Below, in pieces: positions 60,400-64,000 of a DNA stretch of 64,000 bases. The position numbers were made by a program, and so were the translations under genes. Below the pieces are notes generated by a model. The model did no database searches. It was given only the letters and a program-made list of their open reading frames with translations, and was not told where the DNA came from. How positions within the stretch are numbered: position 1 is the first letter of the stretch; each line of letters begins with the position of its first letter. Origin of the DNA: Dimorphilus gyrociliatus. Its lineage: Eukaryota; Animalia; Annelida. Where the stretch lies: positions 3,674,408-3,738,407 of the forward strand of contig CAJFCJ010000006.1 in the NCBI GenBank assembly GCA_904063045.1, given 5' to 3'.

Positions 60400-61109
60400 T
60401 TTTTTTTTATTATCTGTAAATGTTACGTTAGCTAAACGATAAATGGCAGGCGCGATTCAAACGACTTGAACGCCGAATACTTTCCAGTTTTTTCAAGAGC
60501 AATCAAGCGTAGGTTGATATTATAAATCGCGCTTGACATTTGTATTCTGCCTTTTGTGTACAGTTCCACCACCAAATATATGAATTATATATTCGTAATA
60601 AATATGAATACAATTAGTTAATTATACGTGTTTTCTCGTAAAAAAACAGCCTAATTTCTTAAATATTTATTTTTGTCTTTTATCTCTTTAAACGGTGACA
60701 ATTCTTGTTATATAAAAAATATTTTTAAAAGAAAACATAAAGAGAATATTTGTAAACACAACGGTAAAAGGGTAATCAATTAAGAATCCAATCAAGAGAG
60801 CAGGGGTTGAATTGTAGTCCTACAGCGCCGTTTAGCCAACAACCTTCTTTTAAGGTGTAGTAATCGTTTAATTAACATCGTGCCGACTACCGACTAAGTT
60901 AGATTAAATACGCCTTGTTTCTATACTGCAAATATTATCGTTACCGGTTCATTAATTCTCTGTCAACCGACTGAACTACTCATACCATCTAAAAAACATT
61001 CCTTTTCTCTCAATTCGTTTTCAATTGTTTTCGATGGTCCTGTGCTTTTTTGCATTTATATTTGTTTTCTAATACCGGAAGTAATTCTCATTTTTGATAC
61101 TCAATAACG

Positions 61110-61976
61110 ATGAATGGATCTGTAAGCGGGCCAGGAATTATACAAGCCGTTAAACAATGTCGTTATCGTCAATTGAAATTATTGTTGGATTTTGGTCAAA
61201 AACTTGAGAATAAGACAGATTCATCGCTGATTGCCGCTCTTCATATAGACGATAATCGTAAAAGAGCGAAAATGTTCTCATTTCTACTGAGAAGAGGGGC
61301 TGATTGTTGTTTTATTGATAATAGAACTGGGAGGAGCGTTCTAATTTGGACGTCTTTTCTTAAAAAGACACAACAATTAAAGCAATTAGTCGAAAGAGCT
61401 GAACCAGACTTAAATTTTTTACTGAAAGATAAAAATGGTAAGACGGCATTACATTACGCCGCTATTCGTGACAATCCGGAAGCCTGTTCGATCTTATGTG
61501 AATCGATGACATCGTTCGGATTATCGTTGGATACCGCTGATAGTGACGGAGTTTCTCCTTATTTACATGCAAAAAGACTCAAATTAAATGGTGTTATGAA
61601 CGTTCTTGAGCGATTCGGTGCTTGCCCAACTCAATTTGACGTTCAGAAAATGTTCTCATCAGAGCGTCTTCCCGAAATTAGAACCACTTCGAATACTTCA
61701 AACGGTTGCAGAAATGATAGTTTATTAAGAATGTTAGGAAAATTATCGGAGCAGAAGACAACTTCTTATCGGGCGGCAGCGCGTCTCGCCGAAGAAGAAG
61801 ACGAAGAGAGTGAAAGTGACGTTTCGAAGAAAGTAACATCGAAATCGGCATTTATGCTTGTATTTTCAATGGCAAAAATGAAAGGAAAGATGAATAAAGC
61901 AAGACAAAAGTCAAAGGCCAGGAAGAGGACCGATAGAATGCCATCACCATTAGAAGATTCTTCTAGAAATCAATAA
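61110..61976 (+). CDS. Ankyrin repeat protein, ANKRD63/ANKRD34-like, single exon
   Basis: Ankyrin repeats (GRSVLIW, NGKTALHYAAIRDN, DGVSPYLHA) with MTSFGLSLDTAD resembling ANKRD63, followed by a low-complexity basic tail. Confidence 0.8.
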   Translation: MNGSVSGPGIIQAVKQCRYRQLKLLLDFGQKLENKTDSSLIAALHIDDNRKRAKMFSFLLRRGADCCFIDNRTGRSVLIWTSFLKKTQQLKQLVERAEPDLNFLLKDKNGKTALHYAAIRDNPEACSILCESMTSFGLSLDTADSDGVSPYLHAKRLKLNGVMNVLERFGACPTQFDVQKMFSSERLPEIRTTSNTSNGCRNDSLLRMLGKLSEQKTTSYRAAARLAEEEDEESESDVSKKVTSKSAFMLVFSMAKMKGKMNKARQKSKARKRTDRMPSPLEDSSRNQ

Positions 61977-62147
61977 ATCTTTCTACTGTCTAAAACACAA
62001 AAAAGTTGCCGTTCGAATAAACTTCGATAATTAGTCAGCAATGTAAATAATAGACAATTTCTAGCAATCGATAGGATATTAAAAGTATACTATACTATTC
62101 TATATATTTTGTTCACTTTTCACCTCACTGTTTTGTTTTACTCTCGC

Positions 62148-62959
62148 CTAACAACATTCAGCAGTTTTACCTACAGCATAGTAAGTTGGCTTATATCGCG
62201 ATAATCTTATCATACATAGTATTGGTACAACAATCCAAATGCAATTGACACCAAAGACAACGCCGATTAAAAGGCCTGTAGATGTTTCATTCGTATATTT
62301 CCTTGCGTCTGGCACTATTTTAGGTATATATTGTAGAACGTAGATTAAAGTCTTCCATAATGTCATTGTACAAACGGCGAACGTTAAAAGAATTGCGTGT
62401 TGACTTTTACAAAAGTTCTGTATATAGAAAAAAAGAAGAGATTTAAATACAGAATCAATACAAATACATATACATGTATAAACAAACGTATGATATTAAT
62501 TACGTAATAAGTTACCCGCCAATCCTCTTTTTCGGTAGTGGGATTGAACGTATTTGTTTATAATAGTGATTTTTCCCTATTCTATCAAATAATATATAAT
62601 TGTTAAATTTACCAATGAAATAATAATCCAGGTCAACACAAATTCAATAACATTGCAACATTTTTCAGCCACTATAAAATTATCCTTCTCGTCTAAGGGT
62701 CTCTCGTCAATTTTAGTATATTTGTGATCTATTAGAGAAGAACTTGAAGGTATAATAGAATAATAAAGGTATTTTGAACGAAATACTCACAAGGTATGAA
62801 GACAGTGGCCAATTTACCTTCAGGAAAACTCTCTGGCCGTAGAAAGACGAAAAAAGAGTCATAAAGGCTAACAAATGATGAAAATATTAGCCAGTATTTT
62901 ATCCAAATTGGTAATAATCCACCACACCAAATATTTCTACAATTGCTTTTGCATGACAT
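62148..62959 (-). CDS. EXPERA / emopamil-binding-protein-like 4-TM protein, 3 exons, ending in -CC
   Basis: WLIFSSFVSLYDSFFVFLRPESFPEG...P|YHKYTKID...FIVAEKCCNVIE...|...MTLWKTLIY...NCIWIVVP is the motif layout of EBP/EXPERA-like proteins. Confidence 0.75.
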
Positions 62960-63043
62960 AATTTTGAACAATCCACACAGCACATGTACTGTCTAGATAG
63001 TTGTTGAATTATCGTAAAACGATCAGTTAAATTACGTCACTTC

Positions 63044-63067
63044 CGTTTAAAATTTGGAACGCGCCAA
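63044..63067 (-). promoter_or_regulatory. Promoter motifs upstream of the EXPERA gene (CGTCA half-CRE, ETS CACTTCCG, E2F-like TTGGCGCG)
   Basis: Clustered CpG-containing motifs about 90-110 nt upstream of the ATG at 62959. Confidence 0.35.
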
Positions 63068-64000
63068 CTTAAAATGATTAACAGTTTAGTATTGAGACAT
63101 ATTTTTTTTATATATCCTAGGCAATACTAATTTTTCATTCGCTAATGTTTAGAAAAGCTGTTTGCTGTAGAACACTATATATTGTTTATATTAAAGCCGA
63201 GTGTACTGATTGGGTAATTTTATCTCACAGTTTTCTTCTCTTTCAATCTGTAAAAAGTATTTTAATATCGAACAGTGAAAATGGAAGGGAGAATTGGTAG
63301 TTAACCCTAAAGAATTATTGAAATGTATAATATTTATTATATATAGAAGTATATTAGGAATATTATAAGGAACCAGTCGCTCAAGACTTTTATTTACACT
63401 TAGGCAAAGTTGTGTATATTTATATATATATTTATAATTATGTAAGATAAGAAAACAATTGTTTCTTTGTTCTAGGATATAGAATGAATAAAGAATAATA
63501 TACAAAGAGAAAAGAGAGACTACCTATATTCAGTTTCGTTGAAGATTTTTCTCTATTCTCTCCCCTTAACACCGATTCTTCTGGTGAAAAGTAATATATA
63601 TATATATAAAGGAAAACTGCAATATCAGTTGAACACCTTTATGAAATAAAATCTCCTCTTATGTTAAAATTAAAACTTGTTACAAGTTAAAGACATTTTA
63701 ATTTCCTGCTTCCCTTATTGGTATATAATACTTACGATTTCCTCGCTTTTAATGTTCAACCGATGAATAAAAACTATAAAAAGAATAAATAAAATTTTAT
63801 ATTATACCTATAAATTCTTAAATAAACATATTTTAAAAAGAACAATCGAATGATTTACGGCATTTTCTATTTTATAATCAGCTATCAAGTAAGCTAAAAC
63901 AAACAAGACAAGATAGAGATGCAGAAAATAGGAAAAAATTCTATTGGTAACAAATGTATAATATCTTTTTTCTTCTTTTTACATTTGTTCATTAAAATAA

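Noticed and set aside
1-64000. CRISPR arrays, rRNA, tRNA, snRNA, transposase or reverse-transcriptase ORFs
   Set aside because: I saw no regularly spaced repeat-spacer arrays, recognisable RNA-gene signatures, terminal inverted repeats or TE protein motifs.

Overview
AT-rich, gene-dense animal genomic DNA with mostly 45-80 nt GT-AG introns and many (TA)n/(GA)n microsatellites. The architecture suggests a compact lophotrochozoan/annelid-type genome (inference, not identified). I can support about 18 protein-coding genes, plus 3-4 weak candidates. In order: CLPTM1(+), WDR20(-), intronless ANAPC5(+), SMPDL3-like phosphodiesterase(-), class C GPCR(+), HtdX/MaoC-like double hot-dog dehydratase with an N-terminal membrane anchor(-), STXBP4(+), an SLC6 locus(+), two intronless LRR-Ig type I membrane proteins(-), a nicotinic receptor alpha-type subunit(+), SINHCAF/FAM60A(-), INTS7(+), a coiled-coil KKxx membrane protein(+), a type II membrane GH13 alpha-glucosidase/rBAT-like gene(-), FAM167(-), an ANKRD63/34-like protein(+) and an EXPERA/EBP-like protein(-). 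The most striking result is the SLC6 locus. The two apparent SLC6 transporters (24370-29938) are joined in frame by a canonical 69-nt phase-0 intron, predicting one 15-exon, ~1452-aa, 24-TM double-SLC6. Its N-terminal unit is intact but has lost the canonical Na+/substrate-site residues, while its C-terminal unit is near canonical. Other highlights are an ARS2-type EDGEL motif in a ~100-aa insertion in INTS7, a nicotinic subunit lacking both acidic pore rings, and candidate antisense exons nested in an STXBP4 intron. I found no rRNA, tRNA, CRISPR array or recognisable transposon. Gene models were spliced by hand, and homolog comparisons are from memory of the families, not from database searches.
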